Positions 8,946 through 17,806 are shown, counted from the first letter of the stretch. The stretch is 36,707 bases of DNA from an uncultured Thermococci archaeon (GCA_964435645.1 CAYSZY010000001.1:1-36707); one strand, 5' to 3'. The notes: generated by a model not told the origin, from the letters alone. Translations and numbers: made by a program.

Positions 8946-8982
8946 AATAGGGGTTCCTAATAATAATAGGGGTACCTAATAA
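8946..8982. promoter_or_regulatory. Two tandem TAGG-N4-CCTA palindromes (8948-8959 and 8967-8978) upstream of feoB
   Basis: Direct repeat AATAGGGGT(T/A)CCTAATAA with a 19-bp period. Each copy contains TAGGnnnnCCTA, as does the feoA site. The copies flank an AT-rich TATA-like TAATAATAAT. The SD AGGAGG lies at 9029-9034. Confidence 0.55.
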
Positions 8983-9042
8983 CCGAATCGGCATTGTCAG
9001 AGGCAGCCGGCCAACGTACAGGCCCAACAGGAGGAACACGAG

Positions 9043-10950
9043 ATGAACATAGCGATGGCAGGACAGCCAAACAGCGGCAAAAGCACCATCTTTAACCATG
9101 TCGCGGGTTACAAAACGATAACATCTAATTTTCCGGGCAAGACCGTCGAGTACACTGAAAGCAAGGTGACGATAGATGGAGGGGTCCACACACTCATAGA
9201 CCTTCCGGGCACCTACTCACTCACGTCTCTGGACCCGGCAGAGCTTGAGGCGCGCAACTACCTGCTCAGGCGGCATGCCGACGTTACCATCAACGTGGTG
9301 GACGCATCCCTGCTTGCGCGCAGCATCGAGCTGACCATACAGGTCTCGGAGCTTGAGGTTCCGTACATCCTGGTGCTCAACATGATGGACGAGGCGAGCA
9401 GGAAGGGTGTCATCATCGACAAGGAGCGATTGTCCCGGGAGCTCGGCGTCCCCGTGGTGGAGGCCATGGCGAACAAGGGAATCGGCATCACCCAGGCCTT
9501 AGAAGCGGCCGTAGCCCACGCGGGCGGGGTGCCCCGGCAGCATGTCATCAGGTACAGCAAGCACGTGGAGGATGCCATCCTGGGGCTCATTCCCCATATC
9601 GAGGGGCATGCGAAGGCCCATGGCCTGCCGGCACGGCTCTTTTCCCTCAAGCTTCTGGAGGCGGACCCCTACTTCGAGAATCTCGTCCCGGTGTCTATAA
9701 TGGAGGACGTGGTGGTGCCGGCGCGGGAAGTGCTGGAGGAAGACCACGGCCAGCCATCGGATGTCGTCATCTCATCTGAGCGGCACGCCCAGGCGCTCAA
9801 CATCTTCGAGCGCGTCGCCTATGTCAAAAAAGCGGTTACGGAGCCCAGCGAGCGTCTTGACGGGCTGCTCATGCACCCCGTCTACGGGTATGCGGCGCTT
9901 ATCATTATCCTCTACGGGTTCTTCAATCTCATCTTCAGGGTGGGAAACGTGCTGGAACCGCCCATAATGGACTTTTTCATGTTGGAGGTGGAGCCTGCGG
10001 TTCTCGCCCATATCCCGGAGGGATTTGCCTCGACAGCCGTCACCGGCGTGATTCAGGGCATTGCCGGCGGCATCGGCATCGTCCTCCCCTACCTCCTGCC
10101 GTTCCTTGTGGGGCTCTCGCTCCTAGAGGATGTGGGATACCTTCCCCGAATCGCATTCCTCCTCGACACCTTTCTCCACAAGATAGGCCTTCACGGCAAG
10201 TCCATCATCCCGCTCATCCTGGGGTACGGCTGCAGCGTCCCAGCCATCATGGGGGCGCGCATCCTCGAGTCGAGGCGGGACCGATTCATCGTCATAACGA
10301 TGACGTCGATGATTCCCTGTGCCGCGCGCATTACGATCATCCTGGCGCTTGTCGGCGCCTACCTCGGCGGCAACTGGGCGCTCTTCGTGTTCCTGTTCAA
10401 CATCGCGGTCATCGCGCTGGTGGGGTTCATTCTTTCGCGCATTATGCCTGAGGACGTCCCGGGCATGATGCTCGAGATCCCCTCATACCACAAGCCATCA
10501 CTCAAGGTCATCATGCACAAGACCTGGTTCAGGATGAAGGAGTTCATCGTCATCGCATGGCCCATCATCATCGCCGGGTCCCTCGTGCTCTCGATACTGG
10601 AGTACCTCGAATGGGTGACGTACATCAACACGGCGCTCTCGCCGCTTACCCTGCTTCTCGGGCTTCCCTTAGTCGTGGGGACCACCCTGGTCTTCGGTGT
10701 GCTGAGAAAGGAGCTGGCAATGCTCATGCTTTTCCAGGCACTGGGGACCGACGTGGTGCTCGACGTCATGACAAAGACACAGATAATGACGTTTACCATG
10801 TTTATAATATTCTACGTGCCCTGTGTGGCAACGATAGGGGTCATGGTGCGCGAACTCGGAAAACGGGGCACCGGGCTTGCCGTCGGAATCGGCCTGCTGG
10901 TAGCGACCGTGGTCGGCGTGCTTACGCGGGTGGTGGGGATGGTGCTTTGA
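9043..10950 (+). CDS. feoB: Ferrous iron transporter FeoB
   Basis: 635 aa. N-terminal G domain (GQPNSGKST, DLPGTYSL, NMMD) followed by a polytopic membrane domain. Confidence 0.95.
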   Translation: MNIAMAGQPNSGKSTIFNHVAGYKTITSNFPGKTVEYTESKVTIDGGVHTLIDLPGTYSLTSLDPAELEARNYLLRRHADVTINVVDASLLARSIELTIQVSELEVPYILVLNMMDEASRKGVIIDKERLSRELGVPVVEAMANKGIGITQALEAAVAHAGGVPRQHVIRYSKHVEDAILGLIPHIEGHAKAHGLPARLFSLKLLEADPYFENLVPVSIMEDVVVPAREVLEEDHGQPSDVVISSERHAQALNIFERVAYVKKAVTEPSERLDGLLMHPVYGYAALIIILYGFFNLIFRVGNVLEPPIMDFFMLEVEPAVLAHIPEGFASTAVTGVIQGIAGGIGIVLPYLLPFLVGLSLLEDVGYLPRIAFLLDTFLHKIGLHGKSIIPLILGYGCSVPAIMGARILESRRDRFIVITMTSMIPCAARITIILALVGAYLGGNWALFVFLFNIAVIALVGFILSRIMPEDVPGMMLEIPSYHKPSLKVIMHKTWFRMKEFIVIAWPIIIAGSLVLSILEYLEWVTYINTALSPLTLLLGLPLVVGTTLVFGVLRKELAMLMLFQALGTDVVLDVMTKTQIMTFTMFIIFYVPCVATIGVMVRELGKRGTGLAVGIGLLVATVVGVLTRVVGMVL

Positions 10951-11366
10951 AATCCAGGGTAGAAGAGTATCTCAGGGCAATGTGGTCACTTGAGGAGAAG
11001 GGCATAGGCCCCATCAGGGTGAGGGACATAGCCCTGGCCCTTGACGTCACGCCGCCCAGCGTCGTGCAGATGCTCCACAAGCTTGAGGCACTGGGGCTCA
11101 TAAGCTACAGCAAGCACCGGCATGTGACCTTTACGGAACCGGGGCGCACGGAGGGTGCCACCATCGTCCGGTACCATCGGCTCATGGAGGTTCTCTTCGC
11201 GGATGTCATAGAGGGGGAAAACGAGGATGTGGAGCGGCTTTCAGAGGGCGCGGAACATTTCATCTCCCCTGCAATCGCAGAAAAGCTCTGCACGTTCCTG
11301 AATCACCCTGACACATGCCCGCATGGCAAAACGATTCCGAAAGGGCCCTGCTGCGATATCGAATGA
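10947..11366 (+). CDS. DtxR/MntR-family metal-dependent transcriptional repressor
   Basis: VEEYLRAMWSLEEKG...VTPPSVVQMLHKLEALGLI...YHRLMEVLF...CPHG motifs. Proposed TTG start at 10947 overlaps the feoB TGA (TTGA). The ATG at 10980 is the conservative alternative. The 10557 extension in the ORF track is an artefact inside feoB. Confidence 0.85.
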   Translation: MKSRVEEYLRAMWSLEEKGIGPIRVRDIALALDVTPPSVVQMLHKLEALGLISYSKHRHVTFTEPGRTEGATIVRYHRLMEVLFADVIEGENEDVERLSEGAEHFISPAIAEKLCTFLNHPDTCPHGKTIPKGPCCDIE

Positions 11367-12268
11367 TTACACGAAGCTCCCGAATTGACGAAATGTTTAA
11401 AAATACACGCCAAGAGTACAACGTTGGTGAGACCATGGATTCTGACAATATTCCTTTGCCAGAAAATGATGGAGATTCATTCTTGCGGAGAAATTCCAAA
11501 TACATTGGCATTATCATTCTGCTCGTAATCATCATCTCTGCCCTCTTTGTGGCATTCCAGGCCAAGGGGGATGACATAGACCCGGATTTTGCGCGGGCAA
11601 ACGCGTTCTATCCGGAAAAGTCACTGCAAAGCTGGTACCTCATGTACCTATCCGATAAAAGCCTCTATTACGAAGAGGTAACCCAAAAACTAAGTGACAC
11701 GCAGTACGTCATAACGGAGGACTCCACAGGGATGCCCCACACACTGACGTTTTACGATGAAATCGACGATGTTTCAGGCGAGTCGCAATGGTATGTCATG
11801 ATTGAGGACGACAAGGAAACGGCCGAGGCCATCAGCATATACTTTGATGTGAAGGACTATGTCGGCAAAGAATCATTTACACTCATTCAGGAAACGGTAT
11901 CGTATCAGTACCTCGATAATATCCACCTGCTCTTCGGGGCATGGGAGGAAGCTGGCGTCGAAAATCAGCAGCTCGCCTACGGCATGTCGACCATCGCCGA
12001 GGCTGTCGGGAAACGGGTGGGAGATACGGACAAAATCGTTATCGACGAGATATCCGATGATTACTTTATAGATATATACAAGGGAGATATCGGCACCCCG
12101 AGCAATCCCATCATATATGTGATGACAGAACCGTATGGTGCGCTCAAGAACAATATCGTATTCCCAAACGACGGCGTTATTGTTATCGAAGTTCCAGACT
12201 ACCAGCAGCTCAGGCTCTTTAGCCTTGTGGTGGGGGAGCTTATCGCACCGTCCGGGGTAACCGAATGA
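11363..12268 (+). CDS. Uncharacterised single-pass membrane protein with an acidic ectodomain
   Basis: ATGA overlap with the dtxR stop. One TM helix (YIGIIILLVIIISALFVAF) after about 55 cytoplasmic residues, then a D/E-rich domain of about 230 aa. I recognise no family. Alternative starts at 11393 and 11435. Confidence 0.6.
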   Translation: MITRSSRIDEMFKNTRQEYNVGETMDSDNIPLPENDGDSFLRRNSKYIGIIILLVIIISALFVAFQAKGDDIDPDFARANAFYPEKSLQSWYLMYLSDKSLYYEEVTQKLSDTQYVITEDSTGMPHTLTFYDEIDDVSGESQWYVMIEDDKETAEAISIYFDVKDYVGKESFTLIQETVSYQYLDNIHLLFGAWEEAGVENQQLAYGMSTIAEAVGKRVGDTDKIVIDEISDDYFIDIYKGDIGTPSNPIIYVMTEPYGALKNNIVFPNDGVIVIEVPDYQQLRLFSLVVGELIAPSGVTE

Positions 12269-13107
12269 GGCGCATTACCGTCATTGATGCAATCATCATT
12301 GCGATACTGCTCTTTTCCCTCTATTCTTTTGTTTCGCGAGAGTCGACGGTGTACTCACAGGTTGACGAGTACTACTACACAGGCTCTCAGATTTACAAGG
12401 CTACAAGCTACATGGACTTCCTTGACTCCAAGGGATTCCTCTATGACACCTATGTCAGGGGATACTGGTGGTCGGACTACCTCGCCTTTGACGAGACAGG
12501 ATATGTCATCGAAGCGGGGAACGGGTCGTTTTCCCTGCTCAGGGACAACGGCGAGGTCGTTACCATCGGGGGGCGCATGAGCTACCGGGAACAGGTAGGC
12601 GCCAGCGAGATACGGCTTATCATCAAGACCAAGTCCGTTGTGACCATGCGCATGTACTCAGGCACATACGCATCCTTTGGGGCATACAGTGATACGGTCA
12701 TGGGTGCCTGCGCATTCCTTGGCAAGTTCGCCATAGACGACATCGCCATAACCGGCACCATCTCATGGGATGCGGATGTGTCGCCATCGAAAATCGCCGA
12801 GGCCGAGCTTGAGGACCTGATCAGGAAATCACTCCATTACGTCAAGGGCATAGACGTCGAGCTTGCCGAGGGGGGCGGCTCTGTCACCATAACCCAAGGA
12901 AGCATAGATGAGCTTTCATCCATTCCGGCACTGCTCGGGGAGCACGGAATGGGGGAGTCGCCCGTCTTTGTATCCGACGCAACGGTCATTGTGCGCACAG
13001 GGGAGGAAATCGGCGAGCTTGACAAGTACGGCATCAAGCAGCACATCAGCGACCACCTGGCGGGCATCTTCGACGCCGATGGGAACGCCATACACATAAG
13101 GTTATGA
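12265..13107 (+). CDS. Uncharacterised N-terminally anchored membrane protein
   Basis: ATGA overlap with the upstream gene. TM helix ITVIDAIIIAILLFSLYSFV at the N-terminus, then a soluble domain of about 250 aa with no recognisable motif. Confidence 0.65.
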   Translation: MRRITVIDAIIIAILLFSLYSFVSRESTVYSQVDEYYYTGSQIYKATSYMDFLDSKGFLYDTYVRGYWWSDYLAFDETGYVIEAGNGSFSLLRDNGEVVTIGGRMSYREQVGASEIRLIIKTKSVVTMRMYSGTYASFGAYSDTVMGACAFLGKFAIDDIAITGTISWDADVSPSKIAEAELEDLIRKSLHYVKGIDVELAEGGGSVTITQGSIDELSSIPALLGEHGMGESPVFVSDATVIVRTGEEIGELDKYGIKQHISDHLAGIFDADGNAIHIRL

Positions 13108-14741
13108 TCATGCTGGAGCAGCCACTCGTCATGGCCGCCAACGTGGTGTTGGCGCGATATGCACGACTCAAGGGCAGGCCCCCCCGCGTCATCGACTGCG
13201 AGGTCGCAAAAACATGGGGGGTGGAGGACCTTGCGCACGGCATCGGGTACGGCATCGATGCCACCATACGGTGGGTAGACGCCTCAATTGAAAAAAGTGC
13301 CATCGGGAGGGGACTTTCACGGGCGTACCGCTCTGTGACCACCGGCGTTCCCGGCATACCCATGCTCGGTGCGCACGCGTCGGACAGCGCCGTCGCCCGG
13401 CTTACGCACCCGCTTATCTTCATTGTTGCGTACATCGCCTTTCTCGGCTTGGGCGACCATGGGATTTCCGCCTTTGCGCTCTGGTCGCTGGCTGCGTCGC
13501 TCGCAGCATATGCGGTGGGCACCAGGCTTGGTCCAATGCGCCTGCCCCCGATTCCCGCTGCGGCAATCCGCATAAGCATCGCCGCATTCGCGCTGGCACT
13601 GGTGTCGACGGCAGCCGTGGGGCAGGCAGGCGCAAAGATTGCGCTGCTGCCGCTGTGCATCCTCATCGTGGCGGGGAGTACGGGCATCTATGCGAGCATC
13701 GCGTCCGCCGTTGCGGGGTACGCCCTGTTTACCCAAGGGCAGTGGAGCCTGGGCCTGCCGTACCTTTTGCTGGGCGCCATCGGCACCGCACACAACTACA
13801 AAAGCCCGCGGCTCGGCAGGCTGCTTGAGTCCAACGCCGTTCCCATCGCGCTCTTCCTCATGTTCATCGGCACCTTTTACTGGGTGCTTGACATCGCCCT
13901 CGTGGGGCGAATACCGCTCTTCTCGTCGCGAGAGGGGCTCGACCCCACATACACCATGCGGTCCCACCTGCTCCCCATCGGCGCCATATTCCTCATATCG
14001 ATTATGGGGGAACAGGTGTCGAGGGAAGGCGGGCATGCGAAAGCCCGCACCGTGTCCCTGCTTGCATTGGGATTCTCCTTGGCGCTCATGGCGCTGCTCG
14101 GGTACCGGACGCAGGTGCTCATAACACTTATCGGCGGCATCATAGCACTGCTGTTCTGGAAGCTCATATCCACCAAGGAGCTCATTGCCGCCGGCGGTGC
14201 CCTTGCAGGGCTCTTTGCCGTGATGACCCTCCTGAGGTCCCAGACCACGGGCGCGCACGTTGGCGTCATAGAGTCGCTGTCGCTTCGGACTGGCCTGACC
14301 CTCGACATCTACGACATGATGGCGTCCCTCGGGGGGTGGTGGGGATTTACCAAGGGGCAGACATACATGGCAACCGTCTCCAAGTTTGCCACGCTCATGC
14401 CCGGCCTTGCATACTCTCCCCGCAGGTATGTCGCCGTTTTTGCCGGAACCACCGGCATCTCGATGACATCAACGCTTCTCGGGCCCATCGCACTGGACTT
14501 CGGGCTTGCCGGTTCCATTGCGGCAATGGTCGCCGCGGGATGGATGATCTCTCGTGTGAAACATATCATCTCGGTTGCCCCCGGCCGTCAGAAAAGCATA
14601 CTCGTCACCCTCTACGCCATGGTGCTCGGGTATATGATCCTCGGCATCGAGACGGGCCTTGTGGACTATGAGGTCATCATGCTCTTTGCCGGAACGCTGC
14701 TCTACACGCTCTACGTGGGACGCATGACACAATATACTTAA
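13104..14741 (+). CDS. Polytopic membrane protein (545 aa), possibly a Wzy-like oligosaccharide repeat-unit polymerase (weak guess)
   Basis: ATGA overlap with the upstream gene. About 100 soluble N-terminal residues, then 10 or more hydrophobic helices. The Wzy-like guess rests only on overall topology and LLGYRTQVLITLIGG-type segments. Confidence 0.65.
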   Translation: MIMLEQPLVMAANVVLARYARLKGRPPRVIDCEVAKTWGVEDLAHGIGYGIDATIRWVDASIEKSAIGRGLSRAYRSVTTGVPGIPMLGAHASDSAVARLTHPLIFIVAYIAFLGLGDHGISAFALWSLAASLAAYAVGTRLGPMRLPPIPAAAIRISIAAFALALVSTAAVGQAGAKIALLPLCILIVAGSTGIYASIASAVAGYALFTQGQWSLGLPYLLLGAIGTAHNYKSPRLGRLLESNAVPIALFLMFIGTFYWVLDIALVGRIPLFSSREGLDPTYTMRSHLLPIGAIFLISIMGEQVSREGGHAKARTVSLLALGFSLALMALLGYRTQVLITLIGGIIALLFWKLISTKELIAAGGALAGLFAVMTLLRSQTTGAHVGVIESLSLRTGLTLDIYDMMASLGGWWGFTKGQTYMATVSKFATLMPGLAYSPRRYVAVFAGTTGISMTSTLLGPIALDFGLAGSIAAMVAAGWMISRVKHIISVAPGRQKSILVTLYAMVLGYMILGIETGLVDYEVIMLFAGTLLYTLYVGRMTQYT

Positions 14742-14763
14742 GGTGTGCCTCTCAAGGTTACGC

Positions 14764-15465
14764 ATGTATCTTGAACAGCTAAAGACAGGGGATTTTCCCC
14801 TGTTATCGCCTTGTGTCACCATCGTTCCTGTGGGGACCATCGAGGCCCACGGGCGGCACCTTCCCCTGGGCACGGACAACATCATCCCTGCGGAAATCAT
14901 AGCGCGCATCGAGCGGCAATTCACCCGTTTTGTTCTTGTCACGCCCATAATCCCGTTCGGCCACACCTATTATCTCGAGGACTGGCCAGGAACGCTTAAT
15001 GTCCCGGCCGGCACCCTTAAGGCGTATGTCCTTGCGGTGTGCGGCGAGCTTGTCAGGAACGGGTGCTCGCGATTCCTGTTTATCAACGGCCACGGCGGCA
15101 ACTGCGGCGCCCTTGGCGACGTCTGCGAGGAGCTCTCGTACCAAGGTGCGACATCCGCGGTGTGCAACTGGTGGGAAGACCTTGCCGACGACATTGCGGC
15201 AATAACGCCCCATACGGGCCACGCAGGGGAGGACGAGACCTCTCTGGTCCTGGCAAGCGACATCTCGCTTGTCGACATGTCCCGCGCCACATCGGGGCCG
15301 GACTGGCCAGACGGCGCCCCTCTTTCCCTTGCGGCGCGGCGCGCCATGTTCCCCGACGGGATGACCGGTGACGCCCGGGCCGCGACGCCAGACAAGGGAA
15401 GTAAGATATATGACCTCATCCATACGTATACTGCCAACCTGGTGGAGCAGCTTTTGGGTGAGTAG
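14764..15465 (+). CDS. Creatininase-family amidohydrolase (possibly archaeal ArfB-type deformylase)
   Basis: VPVGTIEAHGRHLPLGTDN, INGHGGN and HAGEDETS metal-site motifs of the creatininase family. A GTG at 14743 is an alternative start. Confidence 0.8.
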   Translation: MYLEQLKTGDFPLLSPCVTIVPVGTIEAHGRHLPLGTDNIIPAEIIARIERQFTRFVLVTPIIPFGHTYYLEDWPGTLNVPAGTLKAYVLAVCGELVRNGCSRFLFINGHGGNCGALGDVCEELSYQGATSAVCNWWEDLADDIAAITPHTGHAGEDETSLVLASDISLVDMSRATSGPDWPDGAPLSLAARRAMFPDGMTGDARAATPDKGSKIYDLIHTYTANLVEQLLGE

Positions 15466-15466
15466 G

Positions 15467-16015
15467 ATGGCAACGCTTGTACTTGTGGTGGGAATGCCGG
15501 GATGCGGAAAAGGCGAGTTTGTCGCCCAGGCAGAACAGTTCGGCTATACCGTCATGTCACTGGGCGACATCGTGCGCAAGGAGACGCTCAAGCGAGGCGG
15601 GAACGTCAAGGACTCGGGCGGGACGGCGATACGGATGCGCGAGGAGATGGGCAAGGCCGCCTTGGCGATATGCGCCCTCCCCTACATCAGCGAGAACGAA
15701 AAGTACCTCATTGACGGCATACGGTCGCACGCAGAGGTATCGCTCTTCACGTCCTGCCATGACGCGGTGGTGGTAGGGATACACTCGTCCCCCGAAACGA
15801 GATTTAGGCGATTGCGCGACAGGGGGAGGGCGGACGACCCAGACACCAGGGCAGCGTTCGATGAGCGGGACATGAGGGAGCTTGGATTCGGCATCGGCGA
15901 TGCCATAGCGCTTGCAGACCACATGCTCATCAACGAGGGCGGCATAGGGACGTTCCACGAGTCAATCCGGGAATGGTTGGAGAGAACAGGACATGAATCT
16001 GAAGCAAATTACTGA
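15467..16015 (+). CDS. UPF0200-type P-loop nucleotide kinase-like protein
   Basis: Start chosen at MATLVLVVGMPGCGKGE (Walker A). The DGIRS...RFRRLRDRGRADDP...ERDMRELGFGIGDAIALADHMLINEG pattern matches the archaeal UPF0200 family as remembered. Confidence 0.75.
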   Translation: MATLVLVVGMPGCGKGEFVAQAEQFGYTVMSLGDIVRKETLKRGGNVKDSGGTAIRMREEMGKAALAICALPYISENEKYLIDGIRSHAEVSLFTSCHDAVVVGIHSSPETRFRRLRDRGRADDPDTRAAFDERDMRELGFGIGDAIALADHMLINEGGIGTFHESIREWLERTGHESEANY

Positions 16016-17396
16016 TTACCAGTGGGAACACGCCCCGGAAGGGGGAATGAAGGTTCCGCTTAGGGTGTTTGCCACCAAAAGCCTGCTTGAGGGAATGCAG
16101 GGGGACCTCACGCTCACGCAGGCGAAAAACGTCGCCATGCTTCCGGGGATTGAGGATGCGAGCATCGTCATGCCAGATGGGCACCAGGGGTATGGATTCC
16201 CCATCGGCGGTGTGGCTGCGTTTAGGGAGGAAGACGGCATCATCTCGCCGGGGGGGGTCGGGTACGACATCAACTGCGGGGTGCGCCTCCTTACATCGGC
16301 TCTTACCATGGGGGACATCATCCCGAAAAAGGCGCGGCTCCTCGACACGCTGTTCAAAAACGTCCCCTCGGGACTGGGATCAAAGGGCAAGATACGGCTC
16401 CCCTCCCCCGAGATGGACGCCATGCTGGAACTGGGTGCCACGTGGGCCTGCGAGCATGGGTACGGAGAGAAGCGGGACATACGGCACATAGAGGAAGAGG
16501 GGTCCATGCGCGGCGACGCATCCCTTGTTAGCACCAAAGCGAAAAAGAGGGGTTCGCCCCAGTTGGGAAGCCTCGGTTCGGGGAACCACTTCCTTGAGAT
16601 TCAGGCCGTCGAGAAAATCTACGACCAGCATGCTGCAAAGGCATTCGGCCTGTTCGAGGGCCAGGTGGCGGTCATGATACACACCGGCTCGAGGGGATGC
16701 GGCCACCAAATCTGTTCCGACTACCTCAGGATCATGGAGCGGGCCGCAAAGGACTACAGCATACCGCTGCCCGACAGGGAGCTTGCCTGCGCGCCCATCG
16801 CCTCAAAGGAGGGAAGGGAGTACTACAAGGCCATGGCGTGCGCCGCAAACTTCGCTTGGGCAAACAGGCAGATGATAACCCATTGGGTGCGGGAGTCATT
16901 TGACGCCGTATACGATTCGCCTGAGCTTGACATCCTGTATGACGTCGCACACAACATAGCAAAGCACGAAGACCATGACAAGAAAAGGTACCTTGTGCAC
17001 AGGAAGGGCGCAACGAGGGCCTTGTGGAAGGGAAGGTCGGAACTCCCCAACCAGTACCGTGGCATCGGGCAACCCGTCCTCCTTCCAGGCAGCATGGGCA
17101 CCGCCTCATACGTCCTGTGCGGGGCACCGGGGGCGCGCATCTCATTCGGCTCCACGGCGCACGGCGCGGGCAGGGTGCTTTCCCGCTCAAAAGCAATAAA
17201 AAGGTATGATGGGGAAGGTATAATCGGGGAACTGGCAAAGCGGGGCATCGACGTGCGGGCGGAAAGCAATCGCACCATCGCGGAGGAGGCCCCGGGGGCG
17301 TACAAGGACATAGACCAGGTTGCGGACGTATCCCATAATGCAGGCATCGCCACCAGGGTCGCCCGGCTTGTCCCGCTCGGCGTGGTGAAAGGATAG
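15993..17396 (+). CDS. rtcB: RNA-splicing ligase RtcB
   Basis: 467 aa. MPDGHQGYGFPIGGV, GYDINCGVR, GSGNHF, HTGSRG, HNIA and AHGAGR motifs. It overlaps the upstream gene by 23 nt. Confidence 0.95.
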   Translation: MNLKQITDYQWEHAPEGGMKVPLRVFATKSLLEGMQGDLTLTQAKNVAMLPGIEDASIVMPDGHQGYGFPIGGVAAFREEDGIISPGGVGYDINCGVRLLTSALTMGDIIPKKARLLDTLFKNVPSGLGSKGKIRLPSPEMDAMLELGATWACEHGYGEKRDIRHIEEEGSMRGDASLVSTKAKKRGSPQLGSLGSGNHFLEIQAVEKIYDQHAAKAFGLFEGQVAVMIHTGSRGCGHQICSDYLRIMERAAKDYSIPLPDRELACAPIASKEGREYYKAMACAANFAWANRQMITHWVRESFDAVYDSPELDILYDVAHNIAKHEDHDKKRYLVHRKGATRALWKGRSELPNQYRGIGQPVLLPGSMGTASYVLCGAPGARISFGSTAHGAGRVLSRSKAIKRYDGEGIIGELAKRGIDVRAESNRTIAEEAPGAYKDIDQVADVSHNAGIATRVARLVPLGVVKG

Positions 17397-17410
17397 GGGC
17401 GAAGAGGGAT

Positions 17411-17806
17411 ATGACGTTTGAATGGCATGAGTACCGGCCCAGGGAAAAAGGGCACACTACGGTTCTTGGGCCGCTGGAGACGCGGATTATGGCCATTTTG
17501 TGGGAATGCGGCACCGCCACGGCACGGGAAGTCTATGACCTGCTCAGGAAAGAGAATCCGTCCATACGCCGCTCGACCGTGTCCATCATGATGGCCAGGC
17601 TCGACGACCGCAACCTTTTGGAAAAGGAGGTCGAATCGGGAAAGGGGGGCCTCAAGTATGTTTATACCGTCACAATAGGCAGAGACGCGTTTGAGGATGA
17701 GATCGTAAAGACGGTCATCTCCTCACTTGCCGATGCGTTCCCTGAAACGACAGAAAGGCACATTTCATCATACAGGCAGAATAGGAATGATAGCGATGAA
17801 CTTTGA
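17411..17806 (+). CDS. BlaI/MecI/CopY-family winged-helix transcriptional regulator
   Basis: 131 aa. LGPLETRIMAILWECGTATAREVYDLL...STVSIMMARLDDRNLLEKE...YVYTV is the BlaI-type wHTH pattern. Confidence 0.7.
   Translation: MTFEWHEYRPREKGHTTVLGPLETRIMAILWECGTATAREVYDLLRKENPSIRRSTVSIMMARLDDRNLLEKEVESGKGGLKYVYTVTIGRDAFEDEIVKTVISSLADAFPETTERHISSYRQNRNDSDEL

Noticed and set aside
8946-8982. Tandem 18-19-bp repeat that might be taken for a mini-CRISPR or a replication-origin repeat.
   Set aside because: There are only two copies and no spacers of CRISPR length. Each copy is itself palindromic and matches the feoA-promoter palindrome, so it is better explained as a repressor operator.
10557-10946. 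N-terminal extension of the DtxR ORF to 269 aa, starting at 10557.
   Set aside because: The extension lies entirely inside feoB in another frame and is Arg/Gly/His-rich. The DtxR homology begins only at about 10950.
13317-14258. 313-aa minus-strand ORF, with similar long antisense ORFs at 13046-13687, 14803-15423, 16732-17520, 18212-18880 and 20784-21161.
   Set aside because: All lie antisense to or inside confidently identified genes. They have low-complexity R/G/P/H-rich translations, which are shadow ORFs of a high-GC coding strand.
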